This document shows, piece after piece, positions 40,893 through 53,061 of a DNA stretch of 64,000 nucleotides. The stretch covers positions 194,029 to 258,028 of the forward strand of contig NZ_JACTOJ010000004.1 in assembly GCF_032335695.1 (NCBI RefSeq), given 5' to 3'. This stretch comes from Clostridium sp. 19966 (GTDB lineage Bacteria > Bacillota > Clostridia > Clostridiales > Clostridiaceae). Under the pieces are notes generated by a model. It saw only the letters and a program-made list of their open reading frames with translations. It had not been told where the DNA came from and searched no databases. Every line of letters begins with the position of its first letter. Positions within the stretch are counted from its first letter, which is position 1. The position numbers and the translations under genes were made by a program.

Positions 40893-42920
40893 TTATTCGT
40901 ATATCTTTCTTCCCTTTACATCTCCAATGCCTGTTCTCCTATAAAAATAAGTATTAACTACATCTCTCCACTCTTTAGAATCCTTAAGCTGCACAGAGAA
41001 TTTATCCATAACAAGCTTAAAGAATTCTTCATTTATCTTTCCTTCTAAAGATGTCCATTTTTCTATGAACTCTTCTACCTTTTCTACTCCTTCAAAATGG
41101 GTATCATATATATGCTGCAATAAAGTTTTACCGCTATTTAATTTATAGCTGTAGGGGACATGATGAAAGAATAACAAAAGTTCTTCAGGACAAGTATCTA
41201 TTTTTTCATACCTTGAAGCTATGGGTTCATTATACTGACAAGTATACCCTGTTCCAGTTGCAGCAGTTCTGTCCACTCCAATACCTCTGAAATCCGCATA
41301 ATGATAAGTTCCCCAGAGTGAATACTCATATCCATCTACGCTTGGCCCATAGTGATGGTTTGGATTGACCATCCAGCCTATCCCTAAAGGGCTGGTGTAT
41401 TTTTCATAGACTTCCCTTGATTCTAGCAGCATAGAAACTATTTTTTTTACCACTTCTTCCTCGCAGCCAAAAGTAATCTTGCTCCATTCCTCTGCTATAG
41501 CCTCTGAAGTAAGCTCTGGATTCCAGGCAAGTCTTCCAAAGCCATATAAATTAGCCTGTGCCAGCGGATGCCCTGTCCAGCACTGGCTGTCCCCAAGATT
41601 TGAAACAGCGGCTATGCCACCATGTTTTCTATGAAAAATACTTCCAGCTGCCACCTTTCTCACATAGGAACCTTCACCTTTTGCATAAGTATCAAAATTA
41701 ACAACTTCCTTCCACATAGGCAGAAGATAGCACAAATGCTTTTGCTGGCCCGTATATTCCTGAGCTGCCTGAAATTCCAGCATTATATTTGTATCTTTCA
41801 TAGCTCCAAATAAAGGTGAAACTGCCTCCCTTATTTGAAAGTCCATAGGACCATTCTTTACCTGTAATATCACATTATCCTTAAACTTGCCATCTAAAGG
41901 CTTAAAATTATCATAAGCTGCTTTAGCTCTATCCTTGGATCTATCTCTCCAGTCGAGCTGACAGTTATATACAAAGCATCTCCAAATCACTAAGCCTCCA
42001 AAAGGTTCCAAAGCTTCTGCCAGCATATTAGCCCCATCCGCATGATCCCTTCCATAGGTAAAAGGTCCTGGTCTGTATTCTGAATCTGCTTTTACCAGAA
42101 AGCCTCCAAAATCAGGAATGTATTCATAAATCAAATCTGCTGTTTCTCTCCACCAGGCTTTTACTTCTTCAGCAAGCGGATCTGCGGTGGCAAGCCCTCC
42201 AATTTCTATAGGAGCTGCAAAATTAACGCTCAAATAAGTTTTAATTCCATAAGTTCTAAACTCCTTTGAAAATGCAGCTATGTAAGGAAGATATTCTTCT
42301 GTTATAAATTTTGTCTCATATTGATGTACATTAACATTATTTATAACTACTCCATTTATGCCTACGGAAGCTAAAATTCTTGCATAATCCTTGATTCTAG
42401 CAGAATCCTTAATTATTTCATTATCCTTATAGAAAAAAGATTTACCTGCATAGCCTCTTTCTATATCACCGCTTATGTTATCCCAATGGTCTATAATTCT
42501 TAATTCGTTTGCAGGAGCATCCTCAAGCAAAGCTTCCTCTAAGCTTTTTCCTGTGACCATTGCTCTTATAAAGCTAAAAACTCCATAAAGCACACCATTA
42601 TCGTCTTTCCCAAGGATTTTGATAGCTTTATCTTCATCAAAGCTCTGTATTTTGAAGCCTTCCTTAGCCAAATTTTCTTCTTTTGCTGCCTTCAAAAATA
42701 AATACTGCTCTGACCCTGATATTTCACATACAACCTTTGGAGTTGTACCGAATATCCTATTGATAGCAAAGCTCAACTCTTTTATTGCTGAAGCTATTAT
42801 AGGACTAGTTTCTTCAATATAGATTGTACTGCAAAACCTTCTGTATTCTTCCTTTGAGCTTAAGGCTTCACCATTGCTATAATTTAACCAACATTCATAA
42901 ACGCCGCCTCTATTATCCAT
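40893..42920 (-). CDS. aguA: GH67 alpha-glucuronidase; the ORF extends to 42953, and the likely start is at 42920 ([14 protein letters not shown]) with an AAGGGAGAG RBS
   Basis: [10 protein letters not shown] and the overall roughly 680 aa architecture match AguA. Confidence 0.8.
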   Translation of the reverse strand: MDNRGGVYECWLNYSNGEALSSKEEYRRFCSTIYIEETSPIIASAIKELSFAINRIFGTTPKVVCEISGSEQYLFLKAAKEENLAKEGFKIQSFDEDKAIKILGKDDNGVLYGVFSFIRAMVTGKSLEEALLEDAPANELRIIDHWDNISGDIERGYAGKSFFYKDNEIIKDSARIKDYARILASVGINGVVINNVNVHQYETKFITEEYLPYIAAFSKEFRTYGIKTYLSVNFAAPIEIGGLATADPLAEEVKAWWRETADLIYEYIPDFGGFLVKADSEYRPGPFTYGRDHADGANMLAEALEPFGGLVIWRCFVYNCQLDWRDRSKDRAKAAYDNFKPLDGKFKDNVILQVKNGPMDFQIREAVSPLFGAMKDTNIMLEFQAAQEYTGQQKHLCYLLPMWKEVVNFDTYAKGEGSYVRKVAAGSIFHRKHGGIAAVSNLGDSQCWTGHPLAQANLYGFGRLAWNPELTSEAIAEEWSKITFGCEEEVVKKIVSMLLESREVYEKYTSPLGIGWMVNPNHHYGPSVDGYEYSLWGTYHYADFRGIGVDRTAATGTGYTCQYNEPIASRYEKIDTCPEELLLFFHHVPYSYKLNSGKTLLQHIYDTHFEGVEKVEEFIEKWTSLEGKINEEFFKLVMDKFSVQLKDSKEWRDVVNTYFYRRTGIGDVKGRKIYE

Positions 42921-43068
42921 AAAACACTCTCCCTTAGCTACAAAAATATGCACTTAAATTATGTCTGAATTATAAATTTTATTTATCTTTTAAACCATAT
43001 AATATATAATTGTATTTGTACTATTTAACTATATAATTTTATAAAAAGCCTATTAAAGCTTTAAGCTA

Positions 43069-43935
43069 ATGAATAAATCATGGGGGAATGAATGGACTAT
43101 GGATATATCCTCAAAAGACTTATTAAGCAATATATTCCCGGATGCTTATTACGCTGTTCATAGAAACTGCCAGCCTTCCTGGAAGCTAAACAGGACTACT
43201 CTTAATTTTCACAATCTGATGCTTATATATGATGGAGAAGGTACCTTTTATAAGGATGGAGACAGGTTTACGGTAAGCAAGGGAGAGCTAATATATTTTA
43301 AGCCTGGAGATATCCGGGAAGCTTATACCTCTTCTTCAAAGCTTATGAAATGCTTTGCCGTTGAATTTTTATATACCTGCCCAATTCTAAAGGATTCCCA
43401 TTGGCAGCTTCAGGACTGTGATTTGCCCTTTAGCACCTGTCAGAGGATTGAGGATGAATATTTATTCAGAAGACTTATGGATTTGTTTACTGAGTTTACG
43501 GATTTGAAGCTTTCCATGAAGGGTACTGCTGCAGTTAAGGAGAGGGCACTATTTACAGAAATACTATCCCTTTTAATTAAATACAAAAACGGAACCCATT
43601 ACAGCTATTCCAATCTAAAAAAGGTGGAAAAGGTTGTTAACTACATGGTTCAGAATTACACCGAAAACATAACCTTAAAAAAGCTAGGGGATTATCTTAA
43701 TATCAGCCCTTCTTATTTGGGTAATATATTTAAGGAAGTTACAGGCCAATCCGTCATAGATTATTTGATTCATATAAGAATTAATAAAGCCAAGCATTTT
43801 TTAATTGATGGCCTCACAGTTTCTGAAACTGCAAAAAAAGTTGGCTTTAATGATATATTTTATTTCAGCAGAGCCTTTAAAAAATATGAGGGCTTAACTC
43901 CCTCCCAATTCGCAGAAAATCCAACAGCTTATTAA
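43069..43935 (+). CDS. AraC-family transcriptional regulator (cupin sensor plus C-terminal dual HTH)
   Basis: C-terminal AraC signature (SPSYLGNIFKEVTG...FYFSRAFKKYEGLTPSQF). Confidence 0.85.
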   Translation: MNKSWGNEWTMDISSKDLLSNIFPDAYYAVHRNCQPSWKLNRTTLNFHNLMLIYDGEGTFYKDGDRFTVSKGELIYFKPGDIREAYTSSSKLMKCFAVEFLYTCPILKDSHWQLQDCDLPFSTCQRIEDEYLFRRLMDLFTEFTDLKLSMKGTAAVKERALFTEILSLLIKYKNGTHYSYSNLKKVEKVVNYMVQNYTENITLKKLGDYLNISPSYLGNIFKEVTGQSVIDYLIHIRINKAKHFLIDGLTVSETAKKVGFNDIFYFSRAFKKYEGLTPSQFAENPTAY

Positions 43936-43953
43936 ACCGTTGGATTTTCTGTT

Positions 43954-46900
43954 TTAATTTTCAAAGCGGAACCAGCCAAAATCAAAATTGCTTCCTGGAA
44001 GAAACACAAAGGTAACCTTTTGCGCTCCTTCTATTTTTTCTAATTCAAATATTCTTTCCTCATATCCATTGGAATGAGTGAATTCAACTATCTGCCTGAT
44101 GCTGCCTTCAGCACTGTCAAGCTGTATATGGATGGTATTTTTATCAATAGGAGAATTTCCGTAAATAACAAGCTTAGAAGCCCCTTGGGCTGTAAAATCC
44201 AAGCTTTCAAATTCCAGAGAAACATTATTTCCTATTCCTTGAACTATATCTTCTTTTAGAGTGAAGGTATCTCCATAAATATGATCACATTCTACCGCTC
44301 TATTCTGCTGAAAGGCTCTATTCTTTTTCTCAAAATAGAAGCCTTTAATATGAACCTTATCGTGAAGCACAAAGCAAATAGAGGTTATGCCTTTAAGTTT
44401 TTTAGAAAGCTTATAGGTTTCTTCCTGATAAACATTCCAAATGGATTCTTTTTGATAAATCACATCTGCCAGCAAGCTGCTTTTCTCTTCTCCAGGCATG
44501 CCTTCCCAAATCTGCAAAGAATATTTAGCATTAGATAATGCAAATATAGGAAGAGTTATGGTGTCTGAACCATAAGCTCCAAAGTCTATTCCATGAAAGC
44601 CTACCTGAGTTTCTCCTTCTCTGCTGGTGGCTACTCCTCTTTCATTTCCATTTCCCACTTCTCCATTGCTGTAATCGTAAAGGCCAGCAGATATGAAGGT
44701 GTAAGGATCTTTAAAGGCTGTACCAAGTCCTTCTGCTTTGAACTCCAGCTGAGATATAAGCTTTGTTTTATCACTGCCATTCTTGCTGGTGCAGCGCACT
44801 CTAAACTCTCCATCACCTAAAGCTGTTATTTTTGCTTTAGCTCCAAGTGCTTCCACTTTAGCAATATTTGAGACTATTCCTGAAGCATTTACTGCACTCC
44901 ATTCTATTTCTTTATAGGAAGTATTCTCAGGATATAATTTAGCCTCCACATAAAGCTCTCTTAAATTCTCATTAAATAATTGTCCTGAGGAACTTATAAT
45001 TTCTATCTTGCGAAGAGGTATTTCTTCAAGGCTTCCCATAACGCAAGGTAAATCAGAGTTTTTCATAATAGCAGAAATTCCATTTATAGCTTTTTCTGCA
45101 GGGACAGCCTGAAAGTCCAAGCTTTCACTTTCCATTCCCTTAGAGCTTACTTCCACATGAATATCTCCCGCCTCTAAGGAAGCTCCAATTATGGCCATGA
45201 GCTTTCCGCTAAAGAGTCTTCTGCTGGTTCCCTTATACTGGTCATAATCTGTGCTGTCACCATTATCAAGTCCAAGTAAGCGTCCAGCTCCTGTAACCTT
45301 TACTGTAACTCTGTTATTAGCATTCTCAACTAAATTTACCTTCTTATCCTTCATGGTTATTTCAACAAAAATCAAATCTCTGCCATCTGCAGTAAGCTGC
45401 TTCTTATCTGCAGTTAGACAAACCTTCTCAGCATCTTCAAAGGAGCTTCTTAACTCCGTGGCAATAATTTTACCCTTCTCGTCGTAAGCTACGGCCTTTA
45501 TTTCTCCAGGTTCGTAAGGCACCTTGTACCAAGCTAGAAGCTGCCTTCCCTGCTCATGATTTATATTATAGCTGCCTAGGGAAGCTCCATTAATAAAAAG
45601 CTCAACCTTAGGAGCATTAGAGCATATTCTCACGTCAATAAGCTGGCCTACATTGAAATCCCAATAAGGAAAAAGGTGCACCATAGGTTTAATCCTATAA
45701 TCTGTCCATTCTGCCTGATATATATAATAGGAATCCTTCTTAAAGGTAGCTGTATCTATTTGTCCAAAATAGGAATTCTTAGTGTGATAGGGGGTAGGTT
45801 CACCTATATAGTCAACACCTGTCCATATAAATTGTCCTAAGGAAAAAGGTGTATCTCTCTCCGCTAAGATGCAAGCCTCTGGAGATTTGGCTCCCCAGCT
45901 GGTGGTGCTGTTACCAAGGGAAGAACACTGCTCGTCATCATCTGCCAGAACAGATTTTGCATAAGGAAAATGATATATTCCTCTGCTCTGTACCACGGAG
46001 CCTGTCTCACTGCCGTAAATAACCCAATCAGCATGAGCTTGGTGATGCTTTTCATAATACCTTTCCGCATAATTGTAGCCTGCTACCTTAACAATATCAG
46101 CGCATTTTTGAGCATTTTCCCAAGGCATAAAATTGGAACCTATAGTAATTTTAGCATTCTCTTTTGGATCATATTCTCTAACATAATCCATAAGCATTTT
46201 TGTGATTTCCTGCCCTCTCTCTCCTGCGTGAGTATCATATATCTCATTTCCAATGCTCCACATAATAAGGCTAGGATGGTTTCTGTCCCTCCTTATCCAG
46301 CTTTTCACGTCCTTATGAGCCCAATCCTTAAAAAATCTTGCATAATCATAAGGAGTCTTTGGCTTTTCCCACATATCAAAGGCTTCAGAAAGTATAAGCA
46401 TTCCCAGCTCATCTGCCAATTCCATAAGCTCTGGAGCAGGCATATTATGAGAAGTCCTTACAGCATTAACTCCCATGTCCTTTAATATTAGAAATCTTCT
46501 TCTCAAGGCTGCTTTGTTGAAGGCAGCTCCTAAGGCTCCTAAATCATGATGCTCGCAGACTCCATTTAATTTCATTTTTGTACCGTTTAGCTTAAAGCCT
46601 TCCTGAGAGTCTAAAACAATCTCTCTAAAGCCTATATTTTGATATATGACCTCAATTAATTCTTTGCTTTCCTTTAGATATAATTCTGTCTTAAGCTGAT
46701 AGAGATTCGGAGCATCCGTGCTCCATAATAAAGGCTTTTCAACCCTAAGGCATTGAGTGTTGATACTTCCTTCGCCAACCTCTACCGCCTCACTTGAAGC
46801 AGCAATGACTTCACCCTTATAGCTTATGCTATGAGAAATTTCTGCTGCCTCATAAAGCTTAACCTCCGTATCAATCTCCACCTTCCAGTTGGCCTTTTGG

Positions 46901-47364
46901 TGCTTTATGGATACGTATATTCCATCCGTGACTATATGATTTTTGTCCCTTGTCTTCAGCCACACATTTCTATATATACCTGCTCCCGAATACCATCTGC
47001 TGTTTGGACCTTGATGAACCACTTTCAGCAGTATCTCATTTTCTCCCTCTGCCACTGCCTCTGTTATATCATGTTCAAAGGAAGAGTACCCATATTTCCA
47101 CTGTCCAATAGGCTTTCCATTCACATATAGAGCGGAATCCATATATACTCCCTCAAAGAACAATAGAAGCTCCTTTTCTTTTTTACTGTAGATAAATTTC
47201 TTACGATACCAGCCAATGCTGTCTCCATAAAGCTTTAAGCTATCATATATAAGCCAATCATGAGGCAAATCAACGGCTTCAAACTTAAGCCCTTTGCAGT
47301 CTTCCTTTTCCAAGCCGCTTTTAGCAAATTCCCAGCCTTCATTAAAAAGAATTTTATTATTCAT
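43954..47364 (-). CDS. Large GH2-family glycoside hydrolase (beta-galactosidase-like) with C-terminal accessory beta-sandwich domains
   Basis: 1136 aa; N-terminal NEGWEF...LPHDW sugar-binding region, GH2 catalytic region around NEIYDTHAGE. Confidence 0.7.
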   Translation of the reverse strand: MNNKILFNEGWEFAKSGLEKEDCKGLKFEAVDLPHDWLIYDSLKLYGDSIGWYRKKFIYSKKEKELLLFFEGVYMDSALYVNGKPIGQWKYGYSSFEHDITEAVAEGENEILLKVVHQGPNSRWYSGAGIYRNVWLKTRDKNHIVTDGIYVSIKHQKANWKVEIDTEVKLYEAAEISHSISYKGEVIAASSEAVEVGEGSINTQCLRVEKPLLWSTDAPNLYQLKTELYLKESKELIEVIYQNIGFREIVLDSQEGFKLNGTKMKLNGVCEHHDLGALGAAFNKAALRRRFLILKDMGVNAVRTSHNMPAPELMELADELGMLILSEAFDMWEKPKTPYDYARFFKDWAHKDVKSWIRRDRNHPSLIMWSIGNEIYDTHAGERGQEITKMLMDYVREYDPKENAKITIGSNFMPWENAQKCADIVKVAGYNYAERYYEKHHQAHADWVIYGSETGSVVQSRGIYHFPYAKSVLADDDEQCSSLGNSTTSWGAKSPEACILAERDTPFSLGQFIWTGVDYIGEPTPYHTKNSYFGQIDTATFKKDSYYIYQAEWTDYRIKPMVHLFPYWDFNVGQLIDVRICSNAPKVELFINGASLGSYNINHEQGRQLLAWYKVPYEPGEIKAVAYDEKGKIIATELRSSFEDAEKVCLTADKKQLTADGRDLIFVEITMKDKKVNLVENANNRVTVKVTGAGRLLGLDNGDSTDYDQYKGTSRRLFSGKLMAIIGASLEAGDIHVEVSSKGMESESLDFQAVPAEKAINGISAIMKNSDLPCVMGSLEEIPLRKIEIISSSGQLFNENLRELYVEAKLYPENTSYKEIEWSAVNASGIVSNIAKVEALGAKAKITALGDGEFRVRCTSKNGSDKTKLISQLEFKAEGLGTAFKDPYTFISAGLYDYSNGEVGNGNERGVATSREGETQVGFHGIDFGAYGSDTITLPIFALSNAKYSLQIWEGMPGEEKSSLLADVIYQKESIWNVYQEETYKLSKKLKGITSICFVLHDKVHIKGFYFEKKNRAFQQNRAVECDHIYGDTFTLKEDIVQGIGNNVSLEFESLDFTAQGASKLVIYGNSPIDKNTIHIQLDSAEGSIRQIVEFTHSNGYEERIFELEKIEGAQKVTFVFLPGSNFDFGWFRFEN

Positions 47365-47403
47365 TCTATATCCTCACTTTCCTCAAGCATAGATTCTGCA
47401 TTT

Positions 47404-48804
47404 TTATATTCCAAAATAGTTTTTAGAGTTATAATAGCTTATATTTTTTACAAGCTCTTCTAAGTTTTCCATATCTTCTGGATATTCTCCAGCTTCTACC
47501 CAGATTCCTACAAGATTGCAAAGAATTCTCCTAAAATATTCATGTCTAGTATAGGAAAGAAAACTTCTGGAATCCGTAAGCATTCCTACAAAGCAGCTTA
47601 GCAAGCCCACATTCCCAAGGGTTTTCATCTGCTCCTGCATACCCTCTTTATTATCCAAAAACCACCAAGCTGCTCCCAGCTGCATTTTACCTTTGATACC
47701 TTCCTCTTGAAAACAGCCCATTAAGGTTGCCATAACATAGCTATCCTTAGGATTCAAGGTATATAATATAGTTTTGGGCAGGGACTTTTTCTGTTCTAAA
47801 GCATCTAACAGCATTGTAAGCTTAAAAGCTGTATCAGCATCATTTATAGCATCATATCCAGTATCTGGGCCTAGCTTTTCATACATCCTGCTGTTGTTAT
47901 TCCTAGTTACATTCATATGAAGCTGCATTGCCCAGCCTAATTTAGCATAAAGCTTCCCTAAAAATTTTAAGGTGTAAGTCTTGTATTTCTCTTCTTCCTG
48001 CTGAGTTAAATTTTCTCTATTTAAGGCCTTGGTAAATATGCTGCTCACTTCTCCTTCTGAAGCCGCCATAAAAGGAATGCTTTCCAATCCATGATCTGAT
48101 ATTCTGCAGCCTGCACTGTGGAAAAACAATGCTCTTTCTTCCAATGCAGCTAAAAACTCCTTATAATTATTTATGTCCTTTTTTACTGCTTTTTCAAGGG
48201 CCTTAAGCCAACTATAAAAATTGCTGTTATTTATATTTAAAGCTTTGTCCGGTCTGAAGGTTGGAAGAACCTTAACCTTAAAGCCTTTCTCTTCCTTTAG
48301 CTTCAAATGATATTCCAGGGAATCCACTGGATCATCAGTAGTACAGATAACCTCCACATTGGATTTTTCAATAAGCCCTCTTACAGTATAGGCTTTTTCA
48401 TGAAGCAGCTCATTGACTTTTTTCCATATATCATCCGCAGTTTTTTCATTTAAGGGTTCATAGATTCCAAAATATCTTTGCAGCTCTAAATGTGTCCAAT
48501 GATACAAAGGATTTCCTATGGTTCTAGGTACAACTTTCGCCCAAGCCATAAACTTCTCATAATCGCTGGCATCTCCGGTAATGCATCTTTCCTCTATGCC
48601 ATAGGCTCTCATGGCTCTCCATTTATAGTGATCTCCGTAAAGCCATATTTCCGTCAGGTTTTTCATAGCTTTGTCCTCATAAATTTCCTTTGGGTTCAAA
48701 TGACAGTGGTAATCTATAATAGGCATATCCTTTGCAAAATCATGATATAACTTAACTGCTACATCATTAGTAAGCATAAAATTTTCATCCATAAACTTTT
48801 TCAT
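47404..48804 (-). CDS. uxaC: Glucuronate isomerase
   Basis: N-terminus MKKFMDENFMLTNDVAVKLYHDFAKDMPIIDYHCHLNPKEIYED is near-canonical UxaC; 466 aa. Confidence 0.9.
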   Translation of the reverse strand: MKKFMDENFMLTNDVAVKLYHDFAKDMPIIDYHCHLNPKEIYEDKAMKNLTEIWLYGDHYKWRAMRAYGIEERCITGDASDYEKFMAWAKVVPRTIGNPLYHWTHLELQRYFGIYEPLNEKTADDIWKKVNELLHEKAYTVRGLIEKSNVEVICTTDDPVDSLEYHLKLKEEKGFKVKVLPTFRPDKALNINNSNFYSWLKALEKAVKKDINNYKEFLAALEERALFFHSAGCRISDHGLESIPFMAASEGEVSSIFTKALNRENLTQQEEEKYKTYTLKFLGKLYAKLGWAMQLHMNVTRNNNSRMYEKLGPDTGYDAINDADTAFKLTMLLDALEQKKSLPKTILYTLNPKDSYVMATLMGCFQEEGIKGKMQLGAAWWFLDNKEGMQEQMKTLGNVGLLSCFVGMLTDSRSFLSYTRHEYFRRILCNLVGIWVEAGEYPEDMENLEELVKNISYYNSKNYFGI

Positions 48805-51651
48805 TTAATTTCCTTGCCTCCCCTTATAATAGCTTTCGGGGGCTCCAAGATAGCTTGGTCTTAGACCTCCCATATCCAATAGAAGCTTCTGCAAAATTAC
48901 AATAGGATCTGCCATCCATATTTTTAAGGTATGATACCCTGGACTCTTAAGCTCATAAGTAGTCTCGGCTTTTCTTATATTATAGATAACGCTCTGCTCC
49001 CAGTCTCTTTCAAAAAAGCTGCCCTCTTCTTTTTTCTTTATACCATCAATGACTTTTATAGGTCCATCATCAATAGATACTCCAAGCTTTAAGCCCTTTC
49101 CCTCTGCAAAATCCAAAGAAGGAGCTAAAAGAGCTGTAAGCTTAATCTCTCCAGGATTAACCACATATATTTTATACTCCAAGCAAGGTGCCTTTTCTGA
49201 AGGATTTATGGCGGCGGCCGTAACAGGAAAAATTCCCATGGAAGACAAGGTTCTTCCGTAGCCTGCTATCTTTCTCCAGCCTATTCCATTTACATTAATC
49301 CTCTTTGAATAATGCTCTGCTTCTATTGCGATATATCCCTGTGTTTCTATGAAGCCCTTTAGAGATTCTCTATCTAAATTTTCTGGATTAAACACTGATA
49401 AAGCTACTTTCACTTCATTTTTACAGGAGCTTACTATTGTGATATTCCCCTGTACTATATTCCCTTTAGGTGCCTTTTCCCAGTCAATATCCACCCATAT
49501 TCTCTGTTGATTTTTAACAGTTCCTTCTGTTACATTTAGCTTTATCCAGCTGTCACTTTTTTCTATATTAAAGCTGAAGGGCTCTGATTTTTTATTAAAT
49601 ATTTCAAGGTATCTGCTTTCTCTATTGAAGCTGTCAAATTGGGGCAGCTCACAGTCTTTATCTGAAAAGCTCCAGCTTTTCTCAGACCCTTCCACAGCTA
49701 CCCCCATCTCTGAACCTTTTTCTAATACTATTCTTTTCACTTCCGGCATTATATTTTCAGGCGGCTGATTCCAATAAGTATAACCAATATGAGTCTGATC
49801 CATCATATGATCCCATTTTCCAGAGGCCAGTTTCTTATTATAATAAAAGGTTAACTCACTATCCCTCTTAAAAATAGCTTCCGCTCTATCCGCCAGCGAA
49901 TTGGTTAATGCTCTGCCCTGAAGAGCATATAATTTGTTTTTTTCTGCAGTTAAATAAAGTTCAGTAACCTGCAGTGAAGCCTTTGAGGGATATAGTACAA
50001 GCTGAAAGAAGGCATCCTTTAGCTCTTCACTAATCTCCTCATATATTTTTTCTGCTTTAGCTACTATTTCATAAAAATCCTCGATAACCTTGTCTGCTTC
50101 TCTGTAATTTATAAGGCTGTACAGCTCCACATTATTTAAAAGCTCTGGTTTAAGCCTTCCATTAAACTTAGTATATTGATTTATTATGTAGGCTGCTTCC
50201 TCAGCATATTTTTGTCCAAATTGTGCTTCAGCCCATTTAACTGTAAATTCCCACATATTGTCCCTAGTAAATTCCTCAATGTTCCAAGCAAGACGCATAA
50301 AATATTCTGTGGGGAATTCCATAGGCTTTAAATCTCCTACATTTAATATCCATATCCTATCTGCCCCGTATTCATAAGCTTTATACAGCTGTTCCCAAAT
50401 CTTTTGTATTGGCACTGTGTTAATCCACTTGTAAGATCTTGGTCCCCCCACATAATCAAGATGATAATATATTCCTGCTCCACCGCTTCTCTTTCTTTCC
50501 TCTTCTGTTGGAACTCTTCTTAAATTTCCATGATTATCATCGGACCATAAAAGGGTTATATCTTCAGGAACCCTCATGCCAGCTTCATAATAATCCTGCA
50601 CTTCCTTGTATAAGGCCCAAAGCTGAGGAACCTTTGTTACATCCTTATTCATTTTTTCACTTATGATTTTACGCTGATCTCTCACTATTTTTTCTAAAAG
50701 CTGAATCTTCTGCTGCACGGTAAGCTTACCTACAAGCTCCTCATCTCCGTCTCCTCGCATGCCTAAGGTTACTATGCTTTCATACTCCTTATTTCTCTCT
50801 ATTCCATACTCCCAAAAATTATATAAGTAAGCTTCATTTACTGAATAATCCCAGGCACCTTTTCTGTGTTTTTTCCATTCTCCATGAGACCTTATCATAG
50901 GTTCGTGATGGGAAGTACCCATAACAATTCCATATTCATCTGCCAGAAAAGGATTTAGTTCATCGTCTTCATTAAAGGCACTATCCCACATAGCAGGCCA
51001 AAGATAATTTCCCTTAAGCCTCAATATAAGCTCAAAAACCTTTTCATAGAATTCATGAGTAAAATCCTTATAATTAGCTCTAACCCAAGCCATGAGAGAG
51101 GGACCCTCATCATTAAAAAATATTCCTCTATATTTTACAGAAGGCTCTCCTTGCTTGTACCTTCCATTCTTAACCATTAACATATCCTGGTGGACAGTAG
51201 GAACATCTGCCCACCAATACCAAGGTGATACCCCTATCTTCTCTGATACATCATATATTCCAAAGATGGTACCTCTCTTATCACTTCCTGCTATTACTAA
51301 GGCTTTCTCAACACCTTCTATTGGATTTGGCACCACCTGGATTATGAAGGCTTCCCACTTTCCCTGAATTTCATTAGCATCTATTTTCCCTTCTTCAACA
51401 AGCTTATCAATTATAGAACTTTTACCAATAGTTCCCAGGATAAAAGCATTTTCTGAAAGACCTTTAGAAGCATATTGGATTTTAGGCATTATGCCAGTTA
51501 CTCTATTTATATCTTCCGCAAAGGTTTTCACCGCTCTTATAACTCCCTTATACTCTTCAGCGCTCACATATATATCTGCCGCCTTTGAAGCATATACTAA
51601 TTTGAAGCTTTTATCATTATAGGTATTTTCTATATAGTTTTCACCAAACAT
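48805..51651 (-). CDS. Large glycoside hydrolase, tentatively a GH115-type xylan alpha-glucuronidase
   Basis: 948 aa, size and context (adjacent uxaC, GH67, GH10) fit GH115; family assignment rests on recalled similarity and has not been verified. Confidence 0.5.
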   Translation of the reverse strand: MFGENYIENTYNDKSFKLVYASKAADIYVSAEEYKGVIRAVKTFAEDINRVTGIMPKIQYASKGLSENAFILGTIGKSSIIDKLVEEGKIDANEIQGKWEAFIIQVVPNPIEGVEKALVIAGSDKRGTIFGIYDVSEKIGVSPWYWWADVPTVHQDMLMVKNGRYKQGEPSVKYRGIFFNDEGPSLMAWVRANYKDFTHEFYEKVFELILRLKGNYLWPAMWDSAFNEDDELNPFLADEYGIVMGTSHHEPMIRSHGEWKKHRKGAWDYSVNEAYLYNFWEYGIERNKEYESIVTLGMRGDGDEELVGKLTVQQKIQLLEKIVRDQRKIISEKMNKDVTKVPQLWALYKEVQDYYEAGMRVPEDITLLWSDDNHGNLRRVPTEEERKRSGGAGIYYHLDYVGGPRSYKWINTVPIQKIWEQLYKAYEYGADRIWILNVGDLKPMEFPTEYFMRLAWNIEEFTRDNMWEFTVKWAEAQFGQKYAEEAAYIINQYTKFNGRLKPELLNNVELYSLINYREADKVIEDFYEIVAKAEKIYEEISEELKDAFFQLVLYPSKASLQVTELYLTAEKNKLYALQGRALTNSLADRAEAIFKRDSELTFYYNKKLASGKWDHMMDQTHIGYTYWNQPPENIMPEVKRIVLEKGSEMGVAVEGSEKSWSFSDKDCELPQFDSFNRESRYLEIFNKKSEPFSFNIEKSDSWIKLNVTEGTVKNQQRIWVDIDWEKAPKGNIVQGNITIVSSCKNEVKVALSVFNPENLDRESLKGFIETQGYIAIEAEHYSKRINVNGIGWRKIAGYGRTLSSMGIFPVTAAAINPSEKAPCLEYKIYVVNPGEIKLTALLAPSLDFAEGKGLKLGVSIDDGPIKVIDGIKKKEEGSFFERDWEQSVIYNIRKAETTYELKSPGYHTLKIWMADPIVILQKLLLDMGGLRPSYLGAPESYYKGRQGN

Positions 51652-51872
51652 TTAAATTCACTCTCCCTTCTCCTTAATAAGCATGTTTTATTTATACTAC
51701 TAAGGAGAAAATAAGGACATGAAATATGTTATTGTATTTGTAATATATCTCTATATTTTTTGATGCAAGTCTAGGTTTTAAAAGAATGCTGATAAAGACT
51801 TTAAAGCATAACCTTAATTAAAAACTAAAACCCTCTCTAAGGCAATTTGCTCTTAAAGAGGGCATACTTATA

Positions 51873-52856
51873 TTATTTCTGATCTGCTTCAAATACTATT
51901 CCAGCGGATTTTCTCGCTGAAACCACTGTTTCCACAACCCTTAGAGAATGCTCTAAAAGCTCCTGGCATTTTTTTAAGTCTTCTTGCTTATAAATATTAT
52001 TAAAATCTATTAATTCATACACCATTCTATTAGAAATATTTTGTTCATTGTAAGTCTCTAAATTTCCTTGGCTTTCTATCTCCACGGAAAGGCAATGATT
52101 CACTGGACTATTTACCTTTATATATCCCTTGGTGCCTTGTATAATGGCAAAGCTAGGACTTTGAGAATCCTTTGCTCCAACACATTCACATACAAAATTA
52201 TCATACTTTAATGTGACCACTCCTGAGGTATCAATGCCATTAGCAGCAATATTGGCAGAATACTTCACTTCTCTTGGAGCTCCGAATAGCCCCACTGTAA
52301 AATGTAGATTATACACATTTATATCCTGAATAGCTCCTCCTGAAAACTTTGGGTCAAAGGCATTGGTTATTTCTCCTGCTAAAAATTTATCATATCTGCT
52401 GGAATATTGAGAATAGTTGCTTTGAACCAGTCTTATCTCACCTATAGAGGAAAGCAGCTGCTTAAGCTTATTATAATTTGGCAGATGCAATGTGGTGATA
52501 GCTTCAAATAGAAATAAATTTTTTTCTTTTGCTAAAGCTATTAAAGTTTTTGCCTCTTCTACCGTAGAGGTAAAAGGTTTTTCACAAATAACATGCTTAC
52601 CATTATTCAGGGCCTCCAGAGCATACTCATAATGAAAGCTGTTAGGTGAAGCTATATAGATAAAATCCACATTGCTATCCTTTAGCATCTCTTTGTAATT
52701 TGTGTATATCTGCTTTACTCCATATTTATCTGCTAATATCCTCCCAGTCTCTTCTTTTCTGGAAAAAACAGCACTGCATTGGACTCCTTCAACTTCCTTT
52801 ACTGCATTTAAAAATTCTTCTACGATTCTTCCCGTTCCTATAGTAGCTATTTTCAT
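51873..52856 (-). CDS. Gfo/Idh/MocA-family NAD(P)-dependent oxidoreductase
   Basis: N-terminal MKIATIGTGRIV Rossmann motif; 327 aa. Confidence 0.8.
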   Translation of the reverse strand: MKIATIGTGRIVEEFLNAVKEVEGVQCSAVFSRKEETGRILADKYGVKQIYTNYKEMLKDSNVDFIYIASPNSFHYEYALEALNNGKHVICEKPFTSTVEEAKTLIALAKEKNLFLFEAITTLHLPNYNKLKQLLSSIGEIRLVQSNYSQYSSRYDKFLAGEITNAFDPKFSGGAIQDINVYNLHFTVGLFGAPREVKYSANIAANGIDTSGVVTLKYDNFVCECVGAKDSQSPSFAIIQGTKGYIKVNSPVNHCLSVEIESQGNLETYNEQNISNRMVYELIDFNNIYKQEDLKKCQELLEHSLRVVETVVSARKSAGIVFEADQK

Positions 52857-53061
52857 ATATAAATTCTCCCTTCTCTGCTGTTATATCTCTATAATTAGAT
52901 AGTACAACATTATTTATGCAGGTGTAAATGTGAATAGCCTATTTAAAAATGTTATTTCATAATTTGCAGAACATATAGATTAGATTTGAAATTTTGTTTC
53001 ATTTTTATTATAATTTACATCAGCAAAGGCAGATTAAATTATAAAATACGGGGGTATTTTT